Below, in pieces: positions 25,089-38,443 of a DNA stretch of 64,000 nucleotides. Below the pieces are notes generated by a model. That model worked only from the letters and a program-made list of their open reading frames with translations. It was not told where the DNA came from and did not search any database. The first letter of the stretch is position 1. Every line of letters starts with the position of its first letter. The stretch comes from Tubiluchus corallicola (Eukaryota > Animalia > Priapulida), in the NCBI GenBank assembly GCA_030141605.1, contig JAQGDQ010000389.1:81592-145591 (forward strand), given 5' to 3'. Made by a program: the position numbers and the translations under genes.

Positions 25089-25856
25089 GTGTAAAATAAC
25101 CATTCTTGATTGATATGAGAGAATTAAGGGTATATTTAGTTTATCATATTTTATTGTTTTGCCTTAGTTTCCATATTTTTGGAAACAGATTTCAATGTGT
25201 TGTTGTCTAATTGAGCATAATTTGAAAATATTAAAAACTTTTTAAGTTACTAGAGCTGAGTTAAGCTGCTTAGTGATAGTTAAATAAAATCTCCTTTTTA
25301 TAAAGCAAGATTGTATATTGGCTGTACCAAAATTAGTTTTGTAATAGGTGTAGAAGTACCAAAAGAGTTTGTGTTGTATTTAATGGAAACGACAGCTGTT
25401 CGAGCCTACATACATCTTGCACTAAGATTTTATTAGTGTATAAACTATGCCAGCTGCATCACTGTGTTATTGTTCAACACTAGCAGTAATCTTCGTTAGG
25501 CAATACGCCCAATTAGAAATTAAGAGATAATTGACTATACTACAGTGGTGCTGTAATGGCTGTATATTAAAAGCTAGATGCAAGTACTTGTTTAAAAGGT
25601 TTAGGTGCATCCATTGCCTCCACAGAACAGTGAACTGCTTTTTCTGTGTTTGGCTGTTTGTTGCTATTTTATAAGTTAACTTATAGAATAGTGTAAGCTT
25701 TGTAGCACATTTCGTGGAAGTCTGTTATTGGTCATAAGCTGCTTAATCTTTTTTATACAGTTTGTAAAATATATTGTCATATCAGTCCTAATACCCTCAT
25801 ACTAAATTATGTTGTTGTTACATGTCCTGTATTTAGTGTAAAAAGTGATAAATAAA

Positions 25857-25921
25857 TGACTTACTTACTTATGTACTTACTTACTTACTTTCATACTTAC
25901 TTACTTACTTACTTACTTACT
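25857..25921 (+). repeat. (TTAC)n microsatellite
   Basis: Seen directly, with two interruptions. Confidence 0.9.
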
Positions 25922-28900
25922 AAAATGATAATATCAGCTTGAGTTCTAACCTTTCATGCCCCAAATTCATTAACACCAAAGTTAAGTATGTTCAACATTC
26001 GCAAAAAACATGGAAATAGGACTTAAGACTTGGTAATAAAACAGCAACAAGTAATGCTTGGTCTTTCTTATTCTCAATGCCACTTTTTCTTCCAATGACG
26101 TTATTCTTCTTGAAGAATAGTAGAGCACTGTTAATCTTTACCAAAAGTATATTTCTTTACAAAAGAATTAGAAAGTTGGTTTTGTAACTTCTTTTCGTGA
26201 ACATTATTACAAATTACAGGTGAAAGACAGCACCATTTGTATCTGTACAACAAGAGATATTTAAGTTAATTTTCTTAGATGTGACATGTAGGCATTTAAA
26301 TGTATTTTTCTTAGATATAACATGTAGGCATTTAAATGTATAGCACAACATAATAACCAAAATTAATTACAGGTATGTCATGTACCTATAGTCAGGAAAT
26401 TTCTTACCTGATTGTGATGTGCTTTATTCATTTATTATAAGCATAATGCAGCACAAAATGATTATTATACTGACTATTATACAGTACATAATCATCATAA
26501 TATACAGTACAAAAATAGGCACATTTCAGCACAAAAAAGCTCAATTTTGATTTTTATTCAACATAACATACTGCCATATAATCAGAAAACTGTGCAAAAA
26601 TAATAATAATATTGACTGCTATACTGCACACAATTAATTATCATACAAACATAATACAGCAGAAAAATAAGCATAATTGCAAAACTACAAAACAAACCGT
26701 GAAAGACAAACCTGTCGAAATACACAGCTCAACATTTTAAACTTCAATAAGCGACATGACTGAGTTGTCGATTGCATTATTAATTATTAATGAAACTGAC
26801 ATTCTGAAAAGGCTGTATGTGATGGTGTATCTTTTGCTGTGTGACTGGTTACGATAAAAAACATGGAGAACATTTTTAATGTCTAATAAAATTTGCAAAT
26901 TGTAATAATAAGAACAATAGATAATAAGAAAATATTTTAGATACACGTTTAAGCGAAAGGCATTCAACGCATTTTTGTTGAAAATTTTGTACAAAACACA
27001 CAAATCGCCTGCAGGACAAAAATTATGGTAAAAAGGGGGTCATTATTGAGGTTTACGATAGTTGAGTTGATCATAATAATTTTTAAAGAGAAGTTTTTTC
27101 AAGTGTTTTTAATTAGTTGCAATAGAAACAGTTCTGAGATTCTGACACAAGGAATTTTAATATTTTTGTGCAACAGAAGAAAATGAAACGTGGCGGCGCA
27201 AAAAGTCTCCTTTCATTTAAAAGGTACCAAATGTTCACTATGGGAAGATCTACTTGCCTCTTCAATAGTTTTCCCACAGAGCTACTACTACAGGGAATTA
27301 ACAGCAAGTTATGAAATTGATTACAAAAGTAGTCAAAGCAACTAACATTTTTTACCGTACAAACATAGTCTCGTGGAAAGTTAATCACCTCAAGTAACAC
27401 CAGTTGTGACCTAGTTAGTTATCGCAGGAGTCCTGGTGTATGACATCATGAAGCTGTAACATTTCTTCTTTAAATTGCCGATAGATGGCGCCACGTACTT
27501 ATTGTTTACCAATTTTTGTATCATCGTTTTCAAAAACAGGTTTGTTTTGATACAATTAGTTTTAACCAACAGTTCTTCTGTCAAATAAGACCAAGGCCTA
27601 TTTTTAGCTTCGAAAAATTGCTTTTACTTACTGAAAGTTGCCAAATCATCTAATTTATGGGAAAAATTATCTGAAACGTAAAAGAAACTCAACGAAACCT
27701 TCCAGCGTCATAAATTTAATTGAATAATGAAGACATTTAATGTAATTTTCTATTCAAAATTCTCATCAGAATTGATAGTTCTGTCTTTAATATGAAGACA
27801 AAACCAAATAAGTTTTGTTTCCTTACATTTGAATAAATTATTTATTATTTTTACCTTAAATTTATTCACAACTTTTATCCTTTTGACCTTGCAGGATGTC
27901 ATAGTTTTTCATGTGATTTTTACGTCAATGTAAAGTATAAATTTTAGCTGTTCATCAATTGTGAACTTATAGTGTCTCTTGAATTTTTTTTTATTTATTA
28001 TTATTATCACATTCAGTACAATATAAAGCACACAGTGACATCAAAATTATTACATGTACTATATTAAATTGTTATGTTTCATACACTATCGTTATCATAA
28101 AAGAATAATTGTACTGCAGTGGGCTAGAGAAGCAAAGGCTTGTATAAGCCCACTGTCATGTGAATCTGATAAAAAAAATGGATGAGTGAACAAAAAAGGA
28201 ACTGGGAGAAAGGTTAGATCACACAGGAAGGGTAGAAGGATGTGTTCGTGGAAATGATAGGAAGAAAGATAATAGATTGCGCTATGTTGACATCAGCTCT
28301 AAAGATTTATCAATGATGTCTTGTTTTGCATAATCTGTACCAGGATTGTGGTATGACTGCTGAAGTAGGTGTAGGATATTAGGAAGTGTGCTTTGTTACT
28401 TATAATTGATTCTTACTTATTTTTTTGCTTAAGTGACTGTTTTTAATTTTGTTTTCAGTTGCAGCTGCTATGGTGTGACTTTTTAATGAAACACATTATT
28501 TATGTGTAATAATTTGTAATAATTCTTATATGTAATTAGTCAGTTATGGACAGATTAGATTTCAAGCTTTTTAGCATAAAAATACAGGTGCCTACTGCTT
28601 GCGATGGAATTCTTTTATTTGCACAAAAATTTTCCTATTCACAATATTAATGAACAATAGATTAAATACTCACAAGAAGCTGTTAAATTCAATAAGTATT
28701 TATTTCTAAATACACAGTAATGATTAGAGAAGACATGTGGTGTAAACACATTGCATCTTTGATAAGTGTAGCAGAACCTTTAACCCACCATTCACCAATC
28801 AAGCCTTTGCCAAAAAAACCTAAAATTTTTATACCAACAAATCAAAGCAACACAAATCCATAATGCGAATATAGACACCTTCAAACCAAACAGTTGAAAC

Positions 28901-29111
28901 AATGAATTCCTTTGTTGAAACAATGAATTCCTTTGTTGAAACAATGGATTTCTTACAATTCGCGTTTTAAACGCCTACCACAAAAAGTGGCACAAAAAAT
29001 GGTGTGTTTTTCGGTACTGATGCTGCAAAACTTAAGGTATTAAAATTCTTTGCAAATACTGGAAATAACTCATAATAGTTTACGTAAAAAATGACAGCCT
29101 AATCGTTGTGC

Positions 29112-29223
29112 TTATTGCTGTAAAATAGAATTCAACCAGCCATATAATGATGAACAATAGCCTTGCACTGTACTTGCTGTAGATAGAAAAACATTTTGTA
29201 TATTCTCAATGGAAAAACTGCCC
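29112..29223 (-). CDS. TMEM214: TMEM214 last coding exon
   Basis: ttttttctag| acceptor, phase 2; GSFSIENIQNVF..LYGWLNSILQQ*; frame continues from the preceding exon; AATAAA on - at 28704-28699. Confidence 0.75.
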
Positions 29224-30012
29224 CTAGAAAAAAGAAAAAATCAAGCATTTTTAATTTCTCGCAAAAACTTCTTCCAGTGACGGCTCATGTATAGGTACTC
29301 TGGTACTGCAGCGCCACCTGTTTTCACTCATTATTATCGATAATATTCAATATAAGAGTTTTTTCTTTAGTTCTTTTTTATACACGGAGCACGTGAGAGA
29401 AGTACAATTTGCTTCATAGCCTAAGTACAACGTGGTGAGATAAAACACTGTACGGTATCGTCTGCTGCTAGGTAGAGAAAGTACTGTCTCTAACACAGTA
29501 AAATTGCCAGGTGCTTACCATGTTCTTGGATGTGATAAAATGTAAATTTAGCATGTGTGTTTAAAACATAAATTATTTAACAGTGGATGCCTCGCAACAC
29601 CAAGAAATAACTTGTGTGACTGTAAGTGAACTACAACAGGTTAATTTTTCACAGTTGTCTCTCCATGAGAAAGTTGCAGTTAAGAAAAGAGGCCGTTCAA
29701 CAACCGATCTTCAAATATAACTACAATATTAAAATTACATGTTCGCTTCATTTTACATAGTATTAAAACAACGGCTACAAAATTTCCGAAGCAGCACCCC
29801 GATTAATTTTAGCTACGAGCTGCCACTGAGTATTTTGCTTCTTTCGAAAATTGTGTTAAAAAAAACAAAAATAAAAACTCATATAGACTCATTTTTGTTC
29901 ACATGCGGCAAATGAGATTTCAGAATTTTTTTGTACTTTACTATTACAAAATATTTTTACACTATTACTTGTAGTATAACTTAGCCTCCTTATTTTACAT
30001 AGTTATGCTTAA

Positions 30013-30681
30013 AGCACAAGAAAACCCTTCATAAACACAAAGTTTAAAAAATTCGTTTTGAAATTTTATATCACTTACATACTGCCTTTTTGCATGCAGG
30101 ACTTCAATCGGCAGTCACGCTGTATAAAACATGTAAATTTAAACTCCCGCGATGACCATTAGATGCAGCCATTGTGACCATAAGTCATTTGAAACAAGTT
30201 TAGATAACATTGTGTAAACTTTGAAAAAATAATCAGAGCATTCGTAGCACACATGTTACTAACTAAATAAAATTTTAAATTACTGTATCTTGTCGACAAG
30301 ATTAAAAATACGTTTTTGGTTATGGAGTGGTGCACCCTGGAGGGTGAGTCGGCGACATTTTACCAATTGGTGAAAACATTTTAAATAATTAATAATTTTC
30401 TTTTCTAGTTACATAAGTCTTTCTAGTAGGCAAGCGAAAATATAAGTAATATAGATTTGCACGGAAAGTCTTTTGAGACATAATTTAACATTGCTTTTTC
30501 TTCCCTTCATTTACGTTTGGTGCATGACGTCATGTAATGGCGACTTCGGAACAGTATTGCGGGAGATTTAAAATGAGAACAAACTAAAATTCCTTTCAGT
30601 GCGAGTAAGATATACGCATAAAATTGCTATGAAGTATTTTAAGGCGATTTTTCTGAAACCTACTTCATTTACCCCTTTCCT
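30013..30681 (-). mobile_element. TTAA-flanked non-autonomous DNA transposon (Kolobok-like), copy 1
   Basis: TTAA at 30009-30012 and 30682-30685; reverse-complement similarity to 35967-36889 and 57435-57940. Confidence 0.7.
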
Positions 30682-30853
30682 TTAAGGCAATACCCGTACT
30701 AATATAATTTTCTGATAATATGACTTCACTTATTTCAAATGCCCAAACTCACCTGTTATAATTTCTTTAATTTGCTCTCGCATTTTCAACTTAAAAACAG
30801 GAAAATCTGCATCAATATCGTAACCATCATTTCCATTTTTTCTGATTTCTTAA

Positions 30854-31215
30854 CCCTTTCAGTCCCAAATTATTATTTTAATTATTTTTTTTCTACCTGT
30901 GCCCGCGTGCCAAATATAGCCTGTATCCCACGGGATACATTGGGATTCAATGGAAGCATAAAATGTGCTTCATTTTGCAATTGCTGATAATTTTCTGATC
31001 TGTACAAAGTCGTCTCTAAAGTACTGTACCTTGCACAGTTTTTTATGCTATGTAGATTTTCTAGTTTGCCATTTTATCACCATTTTAGTCTATTGTTATT
31101 GGCTTAAATCAAAATAACTATTAACAGATCAAATAACTGTCAGTTTTAAAATTTTATTAATTTTAAAGATAGAAAATATTCTTGTATCCCACGGGATACA
31201 ACAGGTATGAAAGGG
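30854..31215. mobile_element. piggyBac-type MITE
   Basis: TTAA|CCCTTTCAGTCC ... GGTATGAAAGGG|TTAA; internal near-palindrome tgtatcccacgggataca occurs twice. Confidence 0.85.
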
Positions 31216-31529
31216 TTAAAGTTAAAGCCTTAGAAGCCAAATCTAATGTAAAAACTTAACGTAACATCTTCTTTAAGTAAAAGAAATAAACGTAACTTTA
31301 CATTTTACACTAATTTTATTAAATTTCATGGCTTCCTTCCTAATGAAATTGCGTCTCAAGGGTTTTGCTCGTGAAACTTTGAAAAATCACAGGCTAAACC
31401 AATGCATTAGCAAATCTACAGCATTGACACCAAACATCGAATATCCTTCCTTTCTTAACTGTGGCCTTCTTTCAATAAGTTTTTTTCTGGTTCAGGTGAT
31501 GACAGCAAACTGGAATTTATTTTACTTAC

Positions 31530-31681
31530 ATGAAAACGTTTGTATTGAGCCAAGAAATGCCTTGATTAGTATAAAACTTTGAATTTGACCAAAGCGTTGA
31601 GCTATAATGATGAATGACGTCACCAATATAATCTAAGTATAAGAATAATTTCTCTCCATGACCTGGTAGATTTTCTTCACC
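31530..31681 (-). CDS. TMEM214: TMEM214 exon
   Basis: ttttctag| ... |gtaagt, 152 nt, phase 0-2; GEENLPGHGEKLFLYLDY..SWLNTNVF; frame consistent with neighbouring exons. Confidence 0.78.
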
Positions 31682-31711
31682 CTAGAAAACAACAAAGTTA
31701 GTCTTTAAGTA

Positions 31712-32908
31712 CAGGGTGTCCAAAAATACAGAACCTCCTACAAGATATCAAAAAAGACCGACCTATTGGTCTGGACGCACACTCAGACTCGCAAACTTTC
31801 TGTGGACAATTTTTCTCTCTGTCAATAAACTCACAAATGTGAACTTCATTGTGCTTTACTGAAAATGTACAAACTCTCTGACAGTTGATTTACTTTCTAG
31901 TGTGAACGACTCGGTGAGTTACTCACGGCATGTCTACTGTGAATGCCTCGGTGAGTTACTCACGCCACATCTTCCAGCAAATGGAGAAGCTTGTACGTAC
32001 TGTCAGAAAGTAACTAGTTTTGCTCTCTAATCTGCATATACTCACGAGTTACTTCAAGTTGATTTACTGTCTAATGTGAACGACTCAGTGAGTTACTCAC
32101 GGCATGTCTAGTGTGAATGCCTCGGTGAGTTACTCAAGCCACTTCCTCCAGCGAATGGAGAAGCTTGCACGTACTGTCAGAAAGTAACTAATTTTGCTCT
32201 CTAATCTGCATACACTTGCGAGTTGCTTCAAGTTGATTAACTGTCTAGTGTGAACGCCTCGGTGAGTTACTCACGCCACATCTTCCAGCGAATGGAGAAG
32301 TTTGTACGTACTGTCAGAAAGTAACTAGTTTTGCTGTCTAATCTGCATACACTCGCGAGTTTCTTGACGAGAAAACTCACTAATCTCAACGTGCATTTAA
32401 AATTTATCACAAGCAGTCATAAGTGTGTTGCAAACTTTTTCCACTTTCTTCTCTGATTATAATCTACTTTTTAAATATTCTAACTTTCACTATGAGAAAT
32501 AAAAACTAGTGAAGTTCTTGTAGAAATAAGTAATAATGCCAGTCTCTCACAGGAGACACCACTGACTTTGAGAAACTCGTCCCGTGTGATCATAACTTGT
32601 TAGATTCGAGAATGGTCGTAATATGAAATGTTTAATTACAACCTCTACTGAAATGAATTTAATAAGCATAAACTTTGTAAAACTGACTGTAGACTGAAAT
32701 TCATTAGATCTTTTTTTGTTTGACAGCAGTAGACAGTTGCAAAAATCTTTTAGTTCGATTAATCTATTGCTGTAGTTATCTTTACGGAAAACTAGTCTGT
32801 TAATATGTGTGTAAATTCCATAAGTAATGCAGTGTCACTGCTTGATGAAATGGAGAAAGAAAACATTTGTTTGCACTTACAAGGAGCTAATCGTTTATGG
32901 ACACCCTG
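31712..32908. mobile_element. Tc1/mariner-type non-autonomous element with an internal 174-bp tandem repeat
   Basis: TA|CAGGGTGTCCA ... TGGACACCCTG|TA; internal repeat starts at 31883, 32057 and 32231 and carries the palindrome GTGAGTTACTCAC. Confidence 0.8.
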
Positions 32909-33357
32909 TACAACATAAAAAATTCAAGTTGTCTCCATCTAGGGGCCTATCAACACTTTACGACATCCTAGGCTGATAGTTCTGTGTTGCCCATCTCTAG
33001 TGTCAATTTACATTTTTTATGTAATGAGCAGATTAGACAATTACTTGTGGTGTACTAGAACTACACCTAGTTTCTGTGTGGTCAATGCTAATTGCATGTA
33101 TTTACATAGCGCTTATATTCAAGCAGGCTGCGCAACTGCTTGTTGTGTAATACCTTGCACCTGTTCATTACGTGGCACTTATATATAAAAGCTGAGCTCA
33201 ATAACTGCCTGTGGTGTGCTACCTAATGTGCCCTAAACATGAATGCCTAACTGTATACACATTTTCCAAGGAGGAAAACAAATATTTTCTAAAATGTGAC
33301 GCCTTCAAACTTTAGCCTAGTTACCCTATTGGTTAATACGCCCCTGGTGGCACTTAC

Positions 33358-33526
33358 CCATTGCGTGAACGAAACAGCTTTTTCATACAACCACGCTCGT
33401 TCACGGTGCGTCACGTCGAGCAGAAAGATACCGGCTATCCGTAATCGTTCCTGCACCAGATCCAGATACGGCGAGGAGAAATCACAAACTTTTGCATAGT
33501 AATAAGGCACGCTATCCGACAGCCAA
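33358..33526 (-). CDS. TMEM214: TMEM214 exon
   Basis: tttacag| ... |gtaagt, 169 nt, phase 2-0; WLSDSVPYYYAKVCDFSSPYLDL..FTQW. Confidence 0.85.
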
Positions 33527-33559
33527 CTGTAAATAAACCATGACTGTTGTAAGGTATCC

Positions 33560-34022
33560 CACTGTTCACCAAGAGTGAGGATTGAACGTTCAAGTTTAGT
33601 TCACTGTTCATCAAGAGTGAGGATTGAACGTTCAAGTTTAGTTCACTGTTCACCAAGAGTGAGGATTGAACGTTCAAGTTTAGTGCACTGTTCACCAAGA
33701 GTGAGGATTGAACATTCAAGTTTAGTGCACTGTTCACCAAGAGTGAGGATTGAATGTTCAAGTTTAGTTCACTGTTCCTCAAGAGTGAGGATTGAACGTT
33801 CAAGTTTAGTGCACTGTTAACCAAGAGTGAGGACTGAACGTTCAAGTTTAGTTCACTGTTCATCAACAGTGAGGATTGAACGTTCAAGTTTAGTTCACTG
33901 TTCACCAAGAGTGAGGATTGAACGTTCAAGTTTAGTTCACTGTTCCTCAGGAGTGAGGATTGAACGTTCGAGTTTAGTTCACTGTTCACCAAGAGTGAGG
34001 ATTGAACGTTCAAGTTTAGTTC
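33560..34022 (+). repeat. 42-bp minisatellite, 11 copies
   Basis: Unit cactgttcaccaagagtgaggattgaacgttcaagtttagtt, containing the palindrome TTGAACGTTCAA. Confidence 0.97.
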
Positions 34023-34637
34023 ATTATAAGCGTTAGTTTTGCTGAACAACAGAATAAAATATGGCTTGAACGGACAGTGCCACAACTGACAGATGTTCTT
34101 GGCAATAACCTGACTGGTTTGAAGAAACCAAAAAACTTGAAATTTAGTTTTAAGATTTTATTCTGAAGTGTCTACATAAACAGTGAAGTAGTGTCATATT
34201 GAAAAGCAGAAAACCAAGTGACCAAAAGCTACAGGTGAAATCATTTAGGTGTGAAAACAGGTTTAGAGATTATGCATTCATAAAGACTGTAGAAGCCAAT
34301 GAAAATTTAAACAGTAAAGAGAAAGCTTCAACAATTTTAACAAGAACACCTGAAGGTGGCAGCGCTATCCAAAACTCAAAAAAGTATGATGACAATACAA
34401 CATGAATTTAAATTTAGAATAATTAAAATAATTTTCTTCTGTCCACTGACAGCGTCAGAAAAGTCCAGACAATAAACGGACAGTACAGGCATAACAGCGT
34501 GAATACTAGCAGTGTAGAAACCTACGTGGCATAATGACCAAGATTACATTAATATTACTATATAAAACTGATTAAATCGTGCTTAAATAACGGTTTTTCG
34601 TTCACAAAAATGACGTAAACATCAACACACCACCTAC

Positions 34638-34722
34638 CTATACGTCTGTTCACCGTAGAATTGCGTTCTCAACCACAGATGTTCAAAAACTTCAGAAATC
34701 TCAAAGTCTTTCGAATCAGAGG
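34638..34722 (-). CDS. TMEM214: TMEM214 exon
   Basis: ctatttcag| ... |gtaggt, 85 nt, phase 1-2; ASDSKDFEISEVFEHLWLRTQFYGEQTY; bridges the phases of the flanking exons. Confidence 0.75.
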
Positions 34723-35042
34723 CTGAAATAGAAAACGAAATTTAGTTATCTCAATGCGACGAGGCAATTGGTAATAAATATCCAAGGCAAAGCGTCTCAG
34801 AAATCTAAAAAAATCTTAATTACTAGTTATAGTCTGTAGATCATAGATTATTATTGCTTAATAATAATTAATTATTTAATTAATAATAATAATTAATTAA
34901 TAACAAATAATTAAAATTAGACATTGATATTAAACATGAACGACAAGAGATGTGAAAAAGCTGAAGTCTGCATTTGAACCAGGGACCGTCTCCTTACAAA
35001 GCAAATTCCCTAATTTTGGACAGCTTTGATCATTAGGAATAC

Positions 35043-35160
35043 GGTGTCCTAGTGGGCTAAAGTGTCTGCGTTGCAAGCGAAAGGCCCTCGGTTCAATCCC
35101 GGGCTGTATTCTAACTTTTTTAAATTTTCGCTTATTTTTCAAGTTTGGCGTCGACTTTTA
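35043..35160 (+). mobile_element. tRNA-like (SINE-head-like) repeat
   Basis: A-box-like tcctagtggg and B-box GGTTCAATCCC, then a T-run; no intact acceptor stem. Confidence 0.5.
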
Positions 35161-35183
35161 ATTAAATGTAAATTGTAACGTTG

Positions 35184-35251
35184 TTAATAATAATAATAAT
35201 AGTAATGATAATATTAATAATAATAATAATGATAATAATAGTAATGATAAT

Positions 35252-35282
<31 letters not shown>

Positions 35283-35502
35283 GTAATGATAATATTAATA
35301 ATAATAATAATAATGATATTAATAATAATAATGATAATGATGATGATAATAATAATAATAATAATAATAGTAATGATAATATTAATAATAATAATAATAA
35401 TGATAATAATAGTAATGATAATATTAATAATAATAATAATAATAATAGTAATGATAATATTAATAATAATAATAATATTAATAATAATAATAATAATGAT
35501 AT

Positions 35503-35547
<45 letters not shown>

Positions 35548-35568
35548 TAAATAATAATAATAATAATA
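35184..35568 (+). repeat. Compound (AAT)n microsatellite with recurring AGT/GAT/ATT variants
   Basis: Seen directly; the motif agtaatgataatatt recurs, giving a higher-order pattern. Confidence 0.95.
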
Positions 35569-35747
35569 TTTGCATTGACATGAAAAACAAAGCTTTCAAC
35601 TCAAACCACAATGAAACAAGCAATGAAGTTTCAGCAATTCACAGATGATTTCGCGTCAAAGTTAACTCAACCAGAGCTGAATGTGTGCCGTGCGCCTTAA
35701 TCGCCATAATCTTATTATAACAAATGAAACTGGTAATATTTCCATAC

Positions 35748-35850
35748 CTTTAATGCTAACTGCAAACGCAATTAGTGCACTAATTATTAGGAAAAGCACC
35801 AGTATTAAGTAACGACTCCAACTCCATCCCGCCATCTTTTTCAACAAAAC
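35748..35850 (-). CDS. TMEM214: TMEM214 exon containing the transmembrane helix
   Basis: ttttacag| ... |gtatgg, 103 nt, phase 0-1; VLLKKMAGWSWSRYLILVLFLIISALIAFAVSIK. Confidence 0.88.
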
Positions 35851-35966
35851 CTGTAAAACACGTTCGAAATTAAAATTCATTTACGCCAAGTCAATTCACA
35901 GTTTCTGGCCCAAACTGATATCCGACGCAAGTGCACCTTTACGGGTTTTTCTAGAACAAGTCTTAA

Positions 35967-36889
35967 AGTGCAAGAAAAGGGGCGGAAAAAGGGGTGGCTG
36001 AAGTAGGTTTCAGAAAAATCGCCTAAAAAAATTATATTACTTTATAGCAATCCTACGCATATATTGCATTCGCGTTGAAAGAATTTTTTGTTTGTTTTCA
36101 TTTTAAATCTCCCACAATGCTGTTCCGAGGACGCCATTACATGTCATCAATTACGCAAATATAAAATCAGAGGAAGAAAATGCTAAATTATGTCATAAAA
36201 ACTTTTCATGCAAATTTATATATTACTTAGCACTTATGTAACTAGAAAAGATTTAAAATTATTATTATTTAAAATTTTTTCACCAATTATTAAAATGTCG
36301 TTTTTAATCTTATACCAGATGGTTTAGTCTAGTGGTAATGCTTCTGCTTTCCGTCTGGGAGGTCGTGAGTTCGAACCACCGGCCGGGTCATACCAAAGAC
36401 TTTAAAAATGGTACCTGCTGTTGCCCTGCCTGGCGCGTGGTATTTAGGGTAAAAGTGGGGTAATAATAGTATCTGTTATGTAGTTGTAGGTTGTTATTTA
36501 CAGTCAGTGATAATAGCTCTTTGAGCTAATGTTAATTGTTGACCCAATGAGCTAATGTTAATTGTTGACCCAAAAGCCGACTTTAAATAAAGATTATTAT
36601 TATTATTATTAAGATATAGTAATTTAAAATTTTACTTAGTTAGTGACGCGTGCACTACGAGTGCTCTGATTATTTTTTCATACTTCACTCATTGTTATCT
36701 AAACTTGTTTCACCTGACCTATCATTAAAATGACTGCGCCTAATGGTCATCACAGGAAATTAAATTTACAAGTTTCATTTAGCGTTGCTGCCGACGCAAG
36801 CCCTGTGTGCAAAAAGACAGTACGCAAGCGGTATAAAATTGCAAGACAAATTTTTTATACTTCATGTAAGTGGAGGGTTTTCTTGTGCT
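35967..36889 (+). mobile_element. Kolobok-like MITE copy 2, with a nested SINE
   Basis: TTAA|AGTGCAAGAAAA ... TTTTCTTGTGCT|TTAA; homologous to 30013-30681 and 57435-57940. Confidence 0.75.
36314..36610 (+). mobile_element. tRNA-derived SINE (MetaSINE-like core) with (TTA)n tail
   Basis: A box tagtctagtgg, B box gttcgaacc, core ggtcataccaaagactttaaaaatggtacc, then AATAAA and (TTA)n. Confidence 0.85.
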
Positions 36890-37720
36890 TTAAATAGGCA
36901 AGGCATAAATGAAAGAACTAACGTAGTCACGATAGATAGTAAAATTCTACCAGCCGGTCAGGTAACAAAAGATTTCATTGTCCGGTAAAATCAATTTCGA
37001 CACTGACCGAAGATAAAGCATGCAGTAACTGCAAGACATGCACTGCTAAACTGCTACCAGTGTGAACTGGTCATTAGAATGTTTTACATTTTACCTGATA
37101 CCTACAGCTCAGAAGTGATCAGAAATTTCAGTACAAATAGTTGAAATTTCGCACGTGACTAAAACATGTTATAGAAAAATTCTTACTCAGTAACGCAAAC
37201 GTCGCTTACAAAATGTACATTAAAACGTGGTAACTGCTTTTGTACAAACATTTTTCGAAAAACAACATTCCACGGTGGAACAAAGTGCTGATGAAACAAT
37301 AGAGCATGCTAACAAACCACAGAGATTCTATGTTTTGTTGTCTCCTAGCAACAGCTATGATTATACCAAGCAACATTAGAATCTTCTAAAACTATTAAGA
37401 GCACAACTTTTTAGACATTTTTATGAATTATGATTTTGTTTGTAGATTATTCCATTTTACGATGACTATTAACAATTTTTTAGCTTAGAACTATTTACAA
37501 TTTATATAATTATGTGAACTCATTTAAAGATTATGTTTTAAGATATCTATTATAGCTCCTTACAACATTGTATAATGTAATATAATTACAAGGGAACTAC
37601 AATGTGTGGTTATTATAAAGTTGAATGTCTGTAGATAAGTTACTTTGCTAACATCGCATTACCTGTTTTACTAACATCCTTATCTTTGTAAACTGTATAT
37701 TTTTATACGAAATAAACTCA

Positions 37721-37967
37721 TAATAATAATAATAATAATTTTGTTTAGGACATAGTCCAAGGACAACACCTTAGGTAACTTAATACTTATTTCCAATGTG
37801 GTCCCGATTATTATAATAACCCACATGTTACTCTGATGAACCCGCGTGCTTGGTCCAAGAACCAGTGGTACCATTTTTCAAGTCTTTGGTATGACTCGGT
37901 GGAAAGTTGAACCCACAACCTCCCGGGTGGTAAGCGAGTGCATTACCACTCAGCTACGCGACCCGGT
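37721..37967 (-). mobile_element. tRNA-derived SINE with the same core but a different 3' region
   Basis: Minus strand: tagctgagtgg A box, ggttcaact B box, gtcataccaaagacttgaaaaatggtacc core, (TTA)n tail. Confidence 0.85.
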
Positions 37968-38289
37968 GACAATTTTGTAATGACTGCATGTATATATCTC
38001 CGATGTGATGCCCGTTACGAACAAAAAATTATTATTATTACTATTATCTATATGATGACTACCAGTGATATGATATGAAAAGTAGCATGTTAAACAGATG
38101 TATGCATTTATAAGTACTTATAGATATTACATAGAATGATAAATATAAATGATTGAGAATATTGTTAATTGAAACGTATTTCTTGACTTTTAAAATATGA
38201 ATAAAATAGAATAAAATTTATAACGACTTGGCAAAATATTGTCTGCAAATAAAAGCATGTATCTATGTAACTACATAATGTAACTCACA

Positions 38290-38392
38290 TGTGTGTGTGT
38301 GCGTGCGTGCGTGTGTGTGTGTGCGTGTGTGTGTATAGTATGCCATCTATACCATTGATTAATAAAGGAAACCTCTGTTATCCTAACAGGCT

Positions 38393-38423
<31 letters not shown>

Positions 38424-38443
38424 CGTGTGTGCGTGCATGTGTG
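38290..38443 (+). repeat. Two (GT)n/(GTGC)n microsatellites
   Basis: Seen directly at about 38290-38333 and 38392-38443. Confidence 0.9.

Noticed and set aside
25089-26000. 3' LTR of the Gypsy relic
   Set aside because: No second copy of tgtgatggttcggg or clear polypurine tract was found; the element is truncated.
30770-31245. Minus-strand exon apparently split by the piggyBac MITE (ag..ACAG|gtgagt)
   Set aside because: After removing the MITE the frame hits TGG AAA TGA, and the phase does not fit TMEM214.
35043-37967. tRNA genes at 35043, 36314 and 37967
   Set aside because: A and B boxes are present but there is no complete cloverleaf, and they run into repeat bodies or tails; treated as SINE-type heads.
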